Of a stretch of 64,000 nucleotides of DNA, positions 40,688 through 50,475 are shown piece after piece. Source of the DNA: an uncultured Gammaproteobacteria bacterium (GTDB lineage Bacteria; Patescibacteriota; Patescibacteriia; Patescibacteriales; UBA12465); the NCBI GenBank assembly GCA_964500975.1, contig CAZCQW010000004.1, positions 9,816 through 73,815 of the forward strand, written 5' to 3'. How positions within the stretch are numbered: position 1 is the first letter of the stretch; the number at the start of each line of letters is the position of its first letter. The position numbers were made by a program, and so were the translations under genes. The notes beneath the pieces are model-generated. The model searched no databases. It was given only the letters and a program-made list of their open reading frames with translations, and had not been told where the DNA came from.

Positions 40688-43600
40688 ATGAAACAATTAA
40701 AAATAATTAAATTAATCTTTTCACTATTTTTTAGCATTTCACTCTTAATAATTAGTCCATCATTTTGCTTGGCGATGCCGCCGGGAGCCCTGCTTTATAG
40801 GACTTCTGGTGAAGGAAAAATGTTTGGCTATAGTAGCGACCCTCTAGTGTATTCCGAAAAAGCGATCGTAAAGAATATATATTCTGGACATGTTGGTATA
40901 TATATTGGTAAGGAAAATGGAGTGGACTATATTGTTGAGGCTTTGAGTAATGGAGTTGTTAAAACGCCGGCTGATAAGTTTGTAAATTTAGCTGAGGGCG
41001 AGAAATATTTAGGTGCAAAAATTCCTAAAAACCTATCAAGTGTCCAGCAGGCCAAGGTTGTTGAAATTGCTAAAAGTTTAGTTGGGAAAAACTTGGCTTA
41101 TGATTATGATTTTAAAAATCAAAAAGGGCCAAATAGTGGTGATTGGACCTGCGTGGGCTTGGCTGAAAAGTTATATGAAAGCGCAAATATATCTAATCCC
41201 AATAATTTACAATCGCTTGAGTATGATAAAAATTATTATGCTATAAATATTACGCCCGATGGTTTTGATAATTATACTAAAGTAAATGATTACGGCGATT
41301 GTTTCTCGCCAAATTTTGAATTCTCGAAATTTGGAAGACGAACAGATATTTTAATTCCTGCGCCTGAAATAATAGGCTTTAATCTTGGTTTAGAAAAAGA
41401 AGGTGAGCGATATATATTTTTGCCATATACTCAATATTTGCAGCCGACTTTAAATAATGTTCAGACTGATATAAAAATTTCTTCTTCATTTTCAGGTTCT
41501 GAAGTACGTGGTGCGGTCAATACCAGCGCCTTAGTTTTGCGTTGGAGTCTAGTTAATAATCCTGTTTCATCGGTCAAGATGATTGCAAATAAAGTCGCTG
41601 ATGTTTTTGTGAGTTTAAAGGATAGTATTTTCGGTGGCGGCAGTGAGCTCACTAAGGTTGTTCTAACCGACGCCTTAGAAGACGTGAGTCCTGAAACAGT
41701 AGCCGCAATTAAGGTTGGTGCAATGGTAAATAAAGCTATAAAAGAAAAAGTAGCATCAGCTAAATCAACGGCCACTAAAACAACTAGCGTCAATTCGGCT
41801 GGTAATTCTAAGGGAGTAACGATTAATACCAATAAGCAAAACAGTGCGCTTGTAAATAAAGCAGACTCAAGTAGTAAGGTCGATGTTCTAAAAATTGATA
41901 ACTCTAAAACTAATAATACTAAAACTGACAATACAAAAAATGACACAGTTAAAGCCGCAGCGACGAATAAATCAACTTCAAGCACTACTACTTATTATAA
42001 CCCTTCTAAAACCGCCACGAAGGCCGCCACAAGCTCTCAAGCAGCAAATAGCGGTTCCAGAGCGGGCGCTAGTAGCTCTTGGAGCAGTTCCGGCTCAAGT
42101 TCTTCGGGTGGAAATAGTACTAACGATAACTCTCCTAAAATAGCAACGATTAATAAAATATACAGTACCGGAAATAATGATTTTATAGAGTTATATAATC
42201 CTGGTGAAAAAGACTTTGATTTAAATACGGCTGGATATCGTTTAGAAAAAGCCAAAACCGCTGAAGATCCAAGTTTAATGATTAGAATTGGTGATACTGA
42301 TGACGCGTCGTATCCAGGCGGAACAATTATTAAAGCAAAAAAGACATATTTAATTGTTAGCAATAAAGCTAGTCTATATTGGCAATCAAAAGCAGATGCT
42401 GTTGTTAATCGTGAAGAGTTTACTTGGCCGGACTCAGGATACACAATTTACTTAGGTACGGGCGCAATTAGTTCTAGTAAGGATGTTGATATTCTTGAGG
42501 CGATCGGTTTTGGTTTAGACGCTACATATTTTCAAGGAGAATCTCCAGCCGCAGAGATAAAAAATTATTACATATTAAATCGAGTAAAAAGCTCAAATAA
42601 TAATAAAGTTGATTTTAATTTAATCAAATCAGACGACCCAAGTATTGATTGGTCGTCTTTAGTTTCCGCCAGCAGTACGGATAAAATCGCTAGCTCTAGT
42701 GATGAAGTTGCTAGCTCTAGTGATGAAGTGTCGACTGCTACTTCTAATCTACCAAGTTCTACGCCGCTAATTTTAATTAATAAAATTTATAGCACTGGAA
42801 ATAATGATTGGCTTGAATTATTTAATTTCAGCGATTTCGATTTTGATTTGGCGAGTAATACCTACCGTCTAGAAAAATCTAAAACTGCACTGGACCCCGC
42901 ATTAATTATGAGGATAGGAGATGCGACTGATGGACTATATCCTGGCGGAACAATAATAAAAAGTAAAAGTAGATACTTAATTGTCTCAAGCGAAGCTAAT
43001 GACTTCTATAAATCACAGGCTCAGGCGATTGCCACTAGAACTGACTTTTCATGGTTTAATTCCGGCTATTCTATATATTTAGGAAATGCCCCCATTAGTT
43101 CGAATACTGATAATAATATTGTAGACTTGGTTGGTTTTGGTGCCGATGCTAGTCGCTTTAGTGGATATGCGCCTGCAAGCGAGATTACTGATAACTATAT
43201 TTTAAATAGAATAGGAACGAGTTCGAATAATAATTTGGATTTTAATTTAATTAAGTCTAGTGACCCAAATATTAATTGGAGCGCACCAAGCCCTGAAGAC
43301 GAAAATATAAATGAGATATATAGTTTTTCCGCTTCTTCTTATAATTTGTTTCCAGCGCCTAATCCTATAAATTCAGAAGGATTAACTTATCTCTGGCATT
43401 TTGATGAATGCTTTGGCTCTGAGGCAAGAAGCTTTGTTGGGTCATCAACTTTAAGCGTTGGTGATTATTGGCTTCCAGGAAAGTTTGCCTGCGCTAAAGA
43501 GAATTCTTATAACAAGGGAGTTAGTGGTGGGGTGTTAGAAGATGAGCTTGATATTAATAATTTTTCAATTAGTTTTTGGTTTAAAAGTTCTGGCAGTTTT

Positions 43601-44602
43601 CCGCGACTTAGCTTATCTATGAGAAATAATAGTGAAGAAGCTATTAATGTGACCCTAGAACCAGGTTTAATGCAGTTTAGTGGATTATCCTCACCCGATT
43701 GGCGCGCTTATGACCCAAGTTTTTCTTTTGATAATACTTGGCGTCAGGCAACCTTAGTTGTTAATCGAAACGAGGGTTACTGGTCCTTATATATTGATGG
43801 AATAGTTAAATATCATGTTAATACTTATAAACTATTGTCGAAAATTAATTACTTAGAATTTGGTGGTGATAACAGTGCTTACGCGCTCGATGAGGTTGCG
43901 GTTTGGGATAGAGCGTTGTCTGAAAATGAAATAGCTAGTATTAGGACCCAAGAACAAGTAAATAATCCAGCACCACTATATATTCCTCAACAAAAAGCTG
44001 TTTTAAAGCACTTCTGGAATTTTAACGAGGGAATAGGTACATCAAGCATTGATTTAATTGGAGATTTGAAAATGAATATTCTCCCTACTAATTGGCTGAG
44101 TACAAGTTTGACTAATAGTGTTCTGGCTAGTGCCTGGAGGGATAGATTTAATTTAAATTTGCCGACTATAAATTCTAGAGATTTATCTTTGACACTTTGG
44201 TGGCGTTCTCCGAAAATGGATGAGGAGGGGAGAGTTAAAATTTCATTAGGTAATGAAGTTAAGCCTAATTTATTTAGTTTAATGGCTAGCTATTATATTT
44301 CATCTTATAATTTTAGTAATAATTCTGGGTATTTTAGTTTTGGTGAAAATTTAACCATTCCACATGATTTAAATTGGCATCATTTAGCGATGGTTTACGA
44401 TTCGTATAGAAATGAATTAAATTACTATGTTGACGGGGAATTGAGTCGTCAGGAACATTTTCTTTGGTCAGCTGATAACTCCATTATTAACTCCTTGGAG
44501 ATATTGCCGGAAAATTGGGGAACAGAAATTGATGATTTAGGTATTTGGCAGGGAGCTTTAAGTCCTGCTCAAATACGGGAAATATTTGCTAATAATAAAT
44601 AA
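40688..44602 (+). CDS. Secreted permuted NlpC/P60 (YiiX/YebB-like) enzyme + 2 lamin-tail-like domains + 2 LamG-like domains
   Basis: GALLYRT, SGHVGIY, YDYDF, WTCVGL..K.Y; INKIYS..NDF/WIELYN twice; WHFDE/WNFNE, WHHLAMVY, YVDG, DEVAVWDRALS. Confidence 0.75.
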   Translation: MKQLKIIKLIFSLFFSISLLIISPSFCLAMPPGALLYRTSGEGKMFGYSSDPLVYSEKAIVKNIYSGHVGIYIGKENGVDYIVEALSNGVVKTPADKFVNLAEGEKYLGAKIPKNLSSVQQAKVVEIAKSLVGKNLAYDYDFKNQKGPNSGDWTCVGLAEKLYESANISNPNNLQSLEYDKNYYAINITPDGFDNYTKVNDYGDCFSPNFEFSKFGRRTDILIPAPEIIGFNLGLEKEGERYIFLPYTQYLQPTLNNVQTDIKISSSFSGSEVRGAVNTSALVLRWSLVNNPVSSVKMIANKVADVFVSLKDSIFGGGSELTKVVLTDALEDVSPETVAAIKVGAMVNKAIKEKVASAKSTATKTTSVNSAGNSKGVTINTNKQNSALVNKADSSSKVDVLKIDNSKTNNTKTDNTKNDTVKAAATNKSTSSTTTYYNPSKTATKAATSSQAANSGSRAGASSSWSSSGSSSSGGNSTNDNSPKIATINKIYSTGNNDFIELYNPGEKDFDLNTAGYRLEKAKTAEDPSLMIRIGDTDDASYPGGTIIKAKKTYLIVSNKASLYWQSKADAVVNREEFTWPDSGYTIYLGTGAISSSKDVDILEAIGFGLDATYFQGESPAAEIKNYYILNRVKSSNNNKVDFNLIKSDDPSIDWSSLVSASSTDKIASSSDEVASSSDEVSTATSNLPSSTPLILINKIYSTGNNDWLELFNFSDFDFDLASNTYRLEKSKTALDPALIMRIGDATDGLYPGGTIIKSKSRYLIVSSEANDFYKSQAQAIATRTDFSWFNSGYSIYLGNAPISSNTDNNIVDLVGFGADASRFSGYAPASEITDNYILNRIGTSSNNNLDFNLIKSSDPNINWSAPSPEDENINEIYSFSASSYNLFPAPNPINSEGLTYLWHFDECFGSEARSFVGSSTLSVGDYWLPGKFACAKENSYNKGVSGGVLEDELDINNFSISFWFKSSGSFPRLSLSMRNNSEEAINVTLEPGLMQFSGLSSPDWRAYDPSFSFDNTWRQATLVVNRNEGYWSLYIDGIVKYHVNTYKLLSKINYLEFGGDNSAYALDEVAVWDRALSENEIASIRTQEQVNNPAPLYIPQQKAVLKHFWNFNEGIGTSSIDLIGDLKMNILPTNWLSTSLTNSVLASAWRDRFNLNLPTINSRDLSLTLWWRSPKMDEEGRVKISLGNEVKPNLFSLMASYYISSYNFSNNSGYFSFGENLTIPHDLNWHHLAMVYDSYRNELNYYVDGELSRQEHFLWSADNSIINSLEILPENWGTEIDDLGIWQGALSPAQIREIFANNK

Positions 44603-44680
44603 AATATTAAGTAAAAAAGGCTGCCTCAAGGCGGCTTTTTACTTGATTTATTTATAATTTTCTTGTATTCTATAAATGTT

Positions 44681-45060
44681 ATTAAGGTAAGCGGGCAATC
44701 GCTCTTTTTTAAAGTTTTTACTTTTTAGAGGAGAGGAAAGTCCGGACTTCGCCGCTTATTTATAAGCGAAATGATAGTGGGTAACGCCCACCGTCCGCTT
44801 CGCGCGGATAGGGACAGTGCCACAGAGACAATACTAATTTTGTAATTTATTACAAAATGAAAGGTGAAAAGAAATTAGGTGTTTTTCGAAGCTACTAATT
44901 TCGGCCTCCGGTGACGGAGATGCCGTGGTAAACCCTATCAGAAGCAAGAGCAAACATTTATGTTTACATAAATGACAAAGTAGCTCGCACGAGCTTATTA
45001 GCAATAATAAGCCAAGATAAATGATTGCTAGAACAGAATCCGGCTTATAGCTGCCTTAAT
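44681..45060 (+). ncRNA. rnpB: RNase P RNA
   Basis: GAGGAAAGTCCGG, GGGTAACGCCC, AGTGCCACAGA, GGTAAACCC, AACAGAATCCGGCTTA; terminal helix attaaggta/tgccttaat. Confidence 0.95.
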
Positions 45061-45086
45061 AATAAATGTATTTATTAAATTTATAT

Positions 45087-46502
45087 ATGAAAAAAATTGA
45101 AACTTTTTTTTCGGTGCTATTTATACCCGTGGATTTTGTTTTACTAGTTTTAGCCGGCTTATCCGCTTATAATTTAAGATTTTCGGAGTGGAGTGCGAGC
45201 GTTAGACCGATTATTTTTGATTTGCAATTTTCTAATTATTTTCAATCTTTATTATTCATTTCTTTTTTATGGATAATAATTTTTGCGCTTGCTGGTTTAT
45301 ATAGTATTCGTAGCGCACGTAAGTTAGCTCAAGAAATAAATAAAATATTTATTGCTTGTGCGGCTGGATTAGCATTAATTGCGATTATTATTTTCTTTAA
45401 ACGCGATTTATTTGATTCTCGTTTTATTGTTTTAATGGGGGCCGTATTTGCTTTTTTCTATATATCTTTAGCCCACGCATTTATTCGTTGGCTTCAAAGA
45501 CGTTTATATCAATACGGAATTGGTGTTCATAAAGTTATTTTAGTTGGTAATTCAAAAACAACGGATAATTTAATTGCTGAATTTTCAAGTAATAAAAAAT
45601 CAGGCTTTGAAGTTATTAAAAGATTTAGAGATTTTTCTCTTGAAACAGTTCAGGAATTAACTGAGTTTATTTCCGGTCGCGAAGTTGATGAAATTATTCA
45701 AAGTGATCCTAATATTAGTAAGGTCGAAACTTTACGTTTGTATGATTTCGCAAATGAAAATCATATTACTTATAAATATGTTGCCGACTTGCTGGAGGTA
45801 AAAGTTTTGCGTACCGAAGTAGCTGAAATTATTGGCGTTCCGGTTGTTGAGGTAAAGCGTACAACGCTAGAAGGTTGGGGGAGAGTTTTTAAACGTATCT
45901 TTGATATAGTTGGTTCTGGTCTTTTAATTTTAATTTTATCACCAGTTATTTTATTAGCCATGTTGGCGATTGTACTTGATTCTAAGGGACCTATTTTCTT
46001 TTCACGACGAGATGATGGGAATCCAGTTTATCGTGTCGGACAAGGCGGAAATCCTTTTCGTTACTTTAAATTCCGATCCATGATTCCTAATTCTGATAGC
46101 ATGCGTTATAAAGAATTAGCCGATAGAAATTTGCGGAGTGAAGGGCCACTCGTAAAAATTAAAGACGACCCGCGCGTCACTCGCGTTGGCCAAATAATAC
46201 GTCGTTGGTCGGTTGATGAGCTACCTGAACTATTTTTAGTTTTTATGGGTCGCATGAGTTTAGTTGGCCCTCGTCCACATTTGCCAGAAGAAGTAGCTAA
46301 GTATGAAAATTATCATCGCAAGACCTTAACTGTTAAGCCGGGAATTACTGGTCTAGCTCAAGTTTCTGGTCGTAGCGATTTACTTTTTGAAGAAGAGGCT
46401 AAACTTGATATTTATTATATTGAAAACTGGTCTTTGCTTCTTGATATTTCAATTTTGTTTAGAACTCCACTTGCGGTTTTTAAACATCGTCAAGCTGAAT
46501 AA
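45087..46502 (+). CDS. Polyprenyl-phosphate sugar phosphotransferase (WcaJ/CpsE-like)
   Basis: KRIFDI, FKFRSM, DDPRVTRVG, DELP, MSLVGPRP, KPGITG.AQV.GR. Confidence 0.93.
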   Translation: MKKIETFFSVLFIPVDFVLLVLAGLSAYNLRFSEWSASVRPIIFDLQFSNYFQSLLFISFLWIIIFALAGLYSIRSARKLAQEINKIFIACAAGLALIAIIIFFKRDLFDSRFIVLMGAVFAFFYISLAHAFIRWLQRRLYQYGIGVHKVILVGNSKTTDNLIAEFSSNKKSGFEVIKRFRDFSLETVQELTEFISGREVDEIIQSDPNISKVETLRLYDFANENHITYKYVADLLEVKVLRTEVAEIIGVPVVEVKRTTLEGWGRVFKRIFDIVGSGLLILILSPVILLAMLAIVLDSKGPIFFSRRDDGNPVYRVGQGGNPFRYFKFRSMIPNSDSMRYKELADRNLRSEGPLVKIKDDPRVTRVGQIIRRWSVDELPELFLVFMGRMSLVGPRPHLPEEVAKYENYHRKTLTVKPGITGLAQVSGRSDLLFEEEAKLDIYYIENWSLLLDISILFRTPLAVFKHRQAE

Positions 46503-46517
46503 ATTATTTTAAATCAA

Positions 46518-47630
46518 ATGAAAGTTGCTTTAATCCATGATCATTTAGCCCAAGATGGCGGTGCCGAAAAAGTCTTAAAAGTTTTTTCGGATATGTTTCC
46601 GGATGCGCCAATTTACACCCTTCTTTATGAAGACAAGCAGGTGGCTAAATATTTTAAAGACAGACACATTGAAACTTCAATTATTCAAAAACTACCCGGT
46701 GGCGTTAAACATTATCAATGGTATTTAATGTTTATGCCAATGGCGGTTGAATTTTTTGATTTGTCTGAGTTTGATATTGTAATTTCAGATACCAGTTCTT
46801 TTGCTAAGGGAGTAATTACAAAACCAAACTGTTTACATATTTGTTATTGTCACACCCCAACCAGATATTTATGGAGCGACACCCATCAATATATAAATGA
46901 ATTGAAGTATAACAAATGGTTTAAGAAAATCATCGGGATGGTTTTGTGCAATATTCGCGCTTGGGATAGATTAGCGGCCGACAGAGTTGATGTTTTTATT
47001 GCTAATTCCAAAACTGTTCAAGATAGAATTGTTAAATATTATCGCCGTAATTCTACCGTTATTTATCCACCAGTTGAAACTGATAAATTCTCAATTCTTG
47101 ATTTAAGTAATCAAAAATCCGAAGAAAAATATTTTTTGGCTGGTTGTCGTTTAGCGCCATATAAAAGAATAGATTTAGTAATTGAAGCTTTTAAAAATTT
47201 AGGATCTAATTATAAGTTAAAAATCTTTGGCGATGGCGTTGATTTAGAGCGTCTGAAGATGATTGCGTCTGGTGCCTCAAATATTGAGTTTTTAGGCCGT
47301 GTGAGCGAGGAAGAGAAGGTTAAGCTCTTTGAAGGCGCTCAAGCCTTTATTAACCCTCAGGAGGAGGATTTTGGTATTACTGTCGTTGAGTCTATGGCCG
47401 CCGGACGTCCAGTAATCGCTTATCGCAGTGGCGGAGCAACCGAAACAGTAATTGAAGAAAAAACTGGTTTATTTTTTGATGCTCAGACTAGCGAATCACT
47501 TGAGCAAGTTTTAAAAAAATTCTCTAGCTATAATTTTGACTCAAAAGAAATTAAAGCCCATGCTGAGCAGTTCTCAATCAAAAACTTTACTGAGCAAATT
47601 GAAGAATTTATCAGTTCTCATAAAAAATAG
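46518..47630 (+). CDS. Glycosyltransferase family 4
   Basis: GGAEKVL, YCHTPTRY, EEDFGITVVESMAAG. Confidence 0.92.
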   Translation: MKVALIHDHLAQDGGAEKVLKVFSDMFPDAPIYTLLYEDKQVAKYFKDRHIETSIIQKLPGGVKHYQWYLMFMPMAVEFFDLSEFDIVISDTSSFAKGVITKPNCLHICYCHTPTRYLWSDTHQYINELKYNKWFKKIIGMVLCNIRAWDRLAADRVDVFIANSKTVQDRIVKYYRRNSTVIYPPVETDKFSILDLSNQKSEEKYFLAGCRLAPYKRIDLVIEAFKNLGSNYKLKIFGDGVDLERLKMIASGASNIEFLGRVSEEEKVKLFEGAQAFINPQEEDFGITVVESMAAGRPVIAYRSGGATETVIEEKTGLFFDAQTSESLEQVLKKFSSYNFDSKEIKAHAEQFSIKNFTEQIEEFISSHKK

Positions 47631-47633
47631 TTT

Positions 47634-48782
47634 ATGAAAGTTGGTGTTGACGTCAGAGTTTTAATGGATAAATACTATAGCGGCGTTTCTGAATACACCG
47701 CTAATTTATTAAAGGCAATTTTTGAAGCTGATAAGGAAAATAACTATAAATTATTCTTTAATTCATTCCATGACCAAAGCGAGCGGCTTGGTAAATGGAA
47801 TAAGGATAATTCTGAGTTAATTGGACTAAATATTCCTAATAAAATATTTAACTATTTTTTTCAAAAAACTCTATCCTATCCCAAGCTAGATAAAATTTTA
47901 GGCGGAGTTGATGTTTTTTGGTCACCACATTTTAATTTTACAAAACTAAGCAAGGATACAAAAAAAGTTATTACCGTTCATGATTTATCATTTTTAAGAT
48001 ATCCAGAATTTTTTAGTGCGAGAAAAAACTTTTGGCATAGAGCCCTTGATGTTAAAAAAACTTTACTAGAGGCTGATAAAATTATTGCTGTTTCGGAAAA
48101 TACTAAAAATGATATTGTTGAACTTTTAGGAATTAATGAGGATAAGATTCAGGTTGTTTATTCCGGAAATAATGTTATTAAAAAGGAAGTTAAAGTTGAG
48201 GATGTTCAAGAATTTTTAGCTAAGAAAAAAATCTCAGGACGCATGCTTTTGTATTTAGGAACAATTGAACCTAGAAAAAATATTATAAATTTGATCAAAG
48301 CTTATAATAGCTTGAGGATGAGCGGGGAAGAATATGGTGATGTAAAACTTGTTTTAGCTGGTGCTAGTGGCTGGAAAAATCGTTTAACTTATAGAGAGTG
48401 GCAGATGTCGCCATATAAAAATGATATTCGTTTCTTGGGTTATGTTAATCAGTTTGATAAGGATATTTTATATAGCCAAGCAAGCTTATTTGTTTACCCG
48501 TCGTTTTATGAAGGCTTTGGCTTTCCGCCGCTTGAGGCAATGACCTATGGCGTGCCAGTAATTTGCGCAAATGTTTCTAGCTTACCCGAAGTAGTCGCTG
48601 ACGCTGCCTTAATGATTAATCCTTATGAGTTTACTGAAATTTGTGAGGCATGCAAATTAATCTTGAATAATAAAGACTTGCGTGACTCACTAGTTTCTAA
48701 AGGATTAAAAAGAGCTGGCGAATTTACTTGGGAAAAAACAGCTAGAGAATATTTAGAAGTATTCAAAAAACTAACATGTTAA
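47634..48782 (+). CDS. Glycosyltransferase family 4 (mannosyltransferase-like)
   Basis: TVHDL, GTIEPRKN, PSFYEGFGFPPLEAM. Confidence 0.92.
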   Translation: MKVGVDVRVLMDKYYSGVSEYTANLLKAIFEADKENNYKLFFNSFHDQSERLGKWNKDNSELIGLNIPNKIFNYFFQKTLSYPKLDKILGGVDVFWSPHFNFTKLSKDTKKVITVHDLSFLRYPEFFSARKNFWHRALDVKKTLLEADKIIAVSENTKNDIVELLGINEDKIQVVYSGNNVIKKEVKVEDVQEFLAKKKISGRMLLYLGTIEPRKNIINLIKAYNSLRMSGEEYGDVKLVLAGASGWKNRLTYREWQMSPYKNDIRFLGYVNQFDKDILYSQASLFVYPSFYEGFGFPPLEAMTYGVPVICANVSSLPEVVADAALMINPYEFTEICEACKLILNNKDLRDSLVSKGLKRAGEFTWEKTAREYLEVFKKLTC

Positions 48783-49870
48783 AGAAAAATATAAAAAAGA
48801 AGGGAAAAGTATTGGTTGCTATGTCTGGAGGCGTTGATTCCAGCGTGGCGGCGCAACTTTTAAAAAATCAGGGCTATGATGTGGCTGGAGTGTTTTTGCA
48901 TTTCTGGAAAGACGAATCGGCGGGCGCTAAAGCAGAAAATCGCTGCTGTTCTTTAGAGTCACTACTCGACGCTAAGGCGGTTGCTGCCAGAATTGGAATT
49001 CCTCTCTATACTTTTAATTTTTCTAATCAGTTTAAAGAAGCTGTGGTAGATAATTTCTTAAGTGAATACGAAGCGGGAAGAACACCGAATCCTTGTGTGG
49101 TTTGTAATAAAAAAATTAAAATTGGTCTGCTTTTGCGCCATGCTAGAGCCTTAGGTTATGATTATGTTGCGACCGGCCATTATTTAAGCATTAAAAAAGT
49201 TGGGCGTGATTATCGGCTATTTAAAGCGAAAGATAAAAATAAAGACCAGACATATTTCCTGTATACTTTTGGGCCCGATGAATTAAAACATTTATTATTT
49301 CCGCTTGGCGGATATATAAAACCTCAGGTAAGAAAATTAGCGGCGAAGTTTGAGTTAGTCGTAGCAGGAAAAGCTGAAAGTCAGGATATTTGTTTTTTAT
49401 CTGGCGATCATAATAATTTCTTGAAAAAGTATTTGGAATTAAAACCAGGGGATATTAGAATCCTTGAAACCAGTGAAAAAATTGGTGAACATCTTGGACT
49501 TCCGCTATATACAATTGGTCAACGTCGCGGTTTAGTTGGTGGTACTGGTCCATATTATGTTGCTAAATTTGATTATAAGAAAAATATTCTTTATGTTGTT
49601 AAAGAATGGAATCAGGATATCTTATATCAACCCGGTTTAATTGCGAAGAAAGTTAATTGGTTAAGTGGACGATCTCCAAAAAGAACTTTAAATTGTGAAG
49701 CAGTTATTCGCTATGGTCACAAAGCGGTTAAGTGCAAAGTTACTCCAAAAAATAAAACTGATTATATTGTTGAATTTAAGGAGAAACAAAGAGCAGTGAC
49801 ACCCGGTCAAAGTGTTGTTTTTTATAATAAAAAACAAGTATTAGGCGGTGGGATAATTGATGTGCTATAA
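48776..49870 (+). CDS. mnmA: tRNA 2-thiouridylase
   Basis: AMSGGVDS, TPNPCVVCN, ATGHY, KDQTYFL, ESQDICF, TPGQ. Confidence 0.97.
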   Translation: MLKKNIKKKGKVLVAMSGGVDSSVAAQLLKNQGYDVAGVFLHFWKDESAGAKAENRCCSLESLLDAKAVAARIGIPLYTFNFSNQFKEAVVDNFLSEYEAGRTPNPCVVCNKKIKIGLLLRHARALGYDYVATGHYLSIKKVGRDYRLFKAKDKNKDQTYFLYTFGPDELKHLLFPLGGYIKPQVRKLAAKFELVVAGKAESQDICFLSGDHNNFLKKYLELKPGDIRILETSEKIGEHLGLPLYTIGQRRGLVGGTGPYYVAKFDYKKNILYVVKEWNQDILYQPGLIAKKVNWLSGRSPKRTLNCEAVIRYGHKAVKCKVTPKNKTDYIVEFKEKQRAVTPGQSVVFYNKKQVLGGGIIDVL

Positions 49871-49907
49871 TAGCTTTTGTATTTAAAATTAATTTACAAA
49901 TAATATT

Positions 49908-50264
49908 ATGTCACAACAACTTCCTGATGTTTTTAAAAGAATCCAAGAAAAGAAAAGAGAACAGCGCGATTTAAAAACTATTTATCGCGACGCTCTATCG
50001 GTTAATGGTCAGTACCAAGATGTACTTGAAGAACTTGAAGCTTTGAAATTAAAAAAGAAGAAAATTTTAGATAGTGTTCAAGCAGAATTTAAAGAGGAGT
50101 TTGATAAGTTAGAGGGGTTGAAACTAAATATTGCAGGAGACAATCAATTATTAAGCGACTTAGCTTTGAACCAATTAACTAAAGGGGAACTCGTTAAAAT
50201 CGTTGATGAAAATAAAGTAGAGTACGAACCAGTCTTTACGGTTAGATTCAAAAAAACTAACTAG
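49908..50264 (+). CDS. Hypothetical coiled-coil protein
   Basis: 118-aa ORF ending YEPVFTVRFKK. Confidence 0.75.
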   Translation: MSQQLPDVFKRIQEKKREQRDLKTIYRDALSVNGQYQDVLEELEALKLKKKKILDSVQAEFKEEFDKLEGLKLNIAGDNQLLSDLALNQLTKGELVKIVDENKVEYEPVFTVRFKKTN

Positions 50265-50336
50265 AGATTAAAAAAGGCTAATATTAAATAAAAATACGTC
50301 TAAATGAGGCGTATTTTTTGTAAATATCGCGTGGTA

Positions 50337-50400
50337 TTGACATTTTCTAATATATGTGATATAATGCTCTTGTTCGTGTAAATTGGGTGGCACGATAAAC
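50337..50400 (+). promoter_or_regulatory. Consensus sigma70 promoter plus TTCGTGTAAA-N8-CACGATAAAC motif
   Basis: TTGACA 50337-17-TATAAT 50360; motif 50373-50400. Confidence 0.8.
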
Positions 50401-50475
50401 GCTATGTAAATAGCTAAGGGCCGTCAAAGCCTGGAAAGACATCCAAAAAAAAGTTCATTAAAAAATCAATTTATC

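Noticed and set aside
44613-44641. ctgcctcaaggcgg as another copy of the start-proximal hairpin
   Set aside because: Flanked by A and T tracts right after a stop codon; better read as an ordinary terminator
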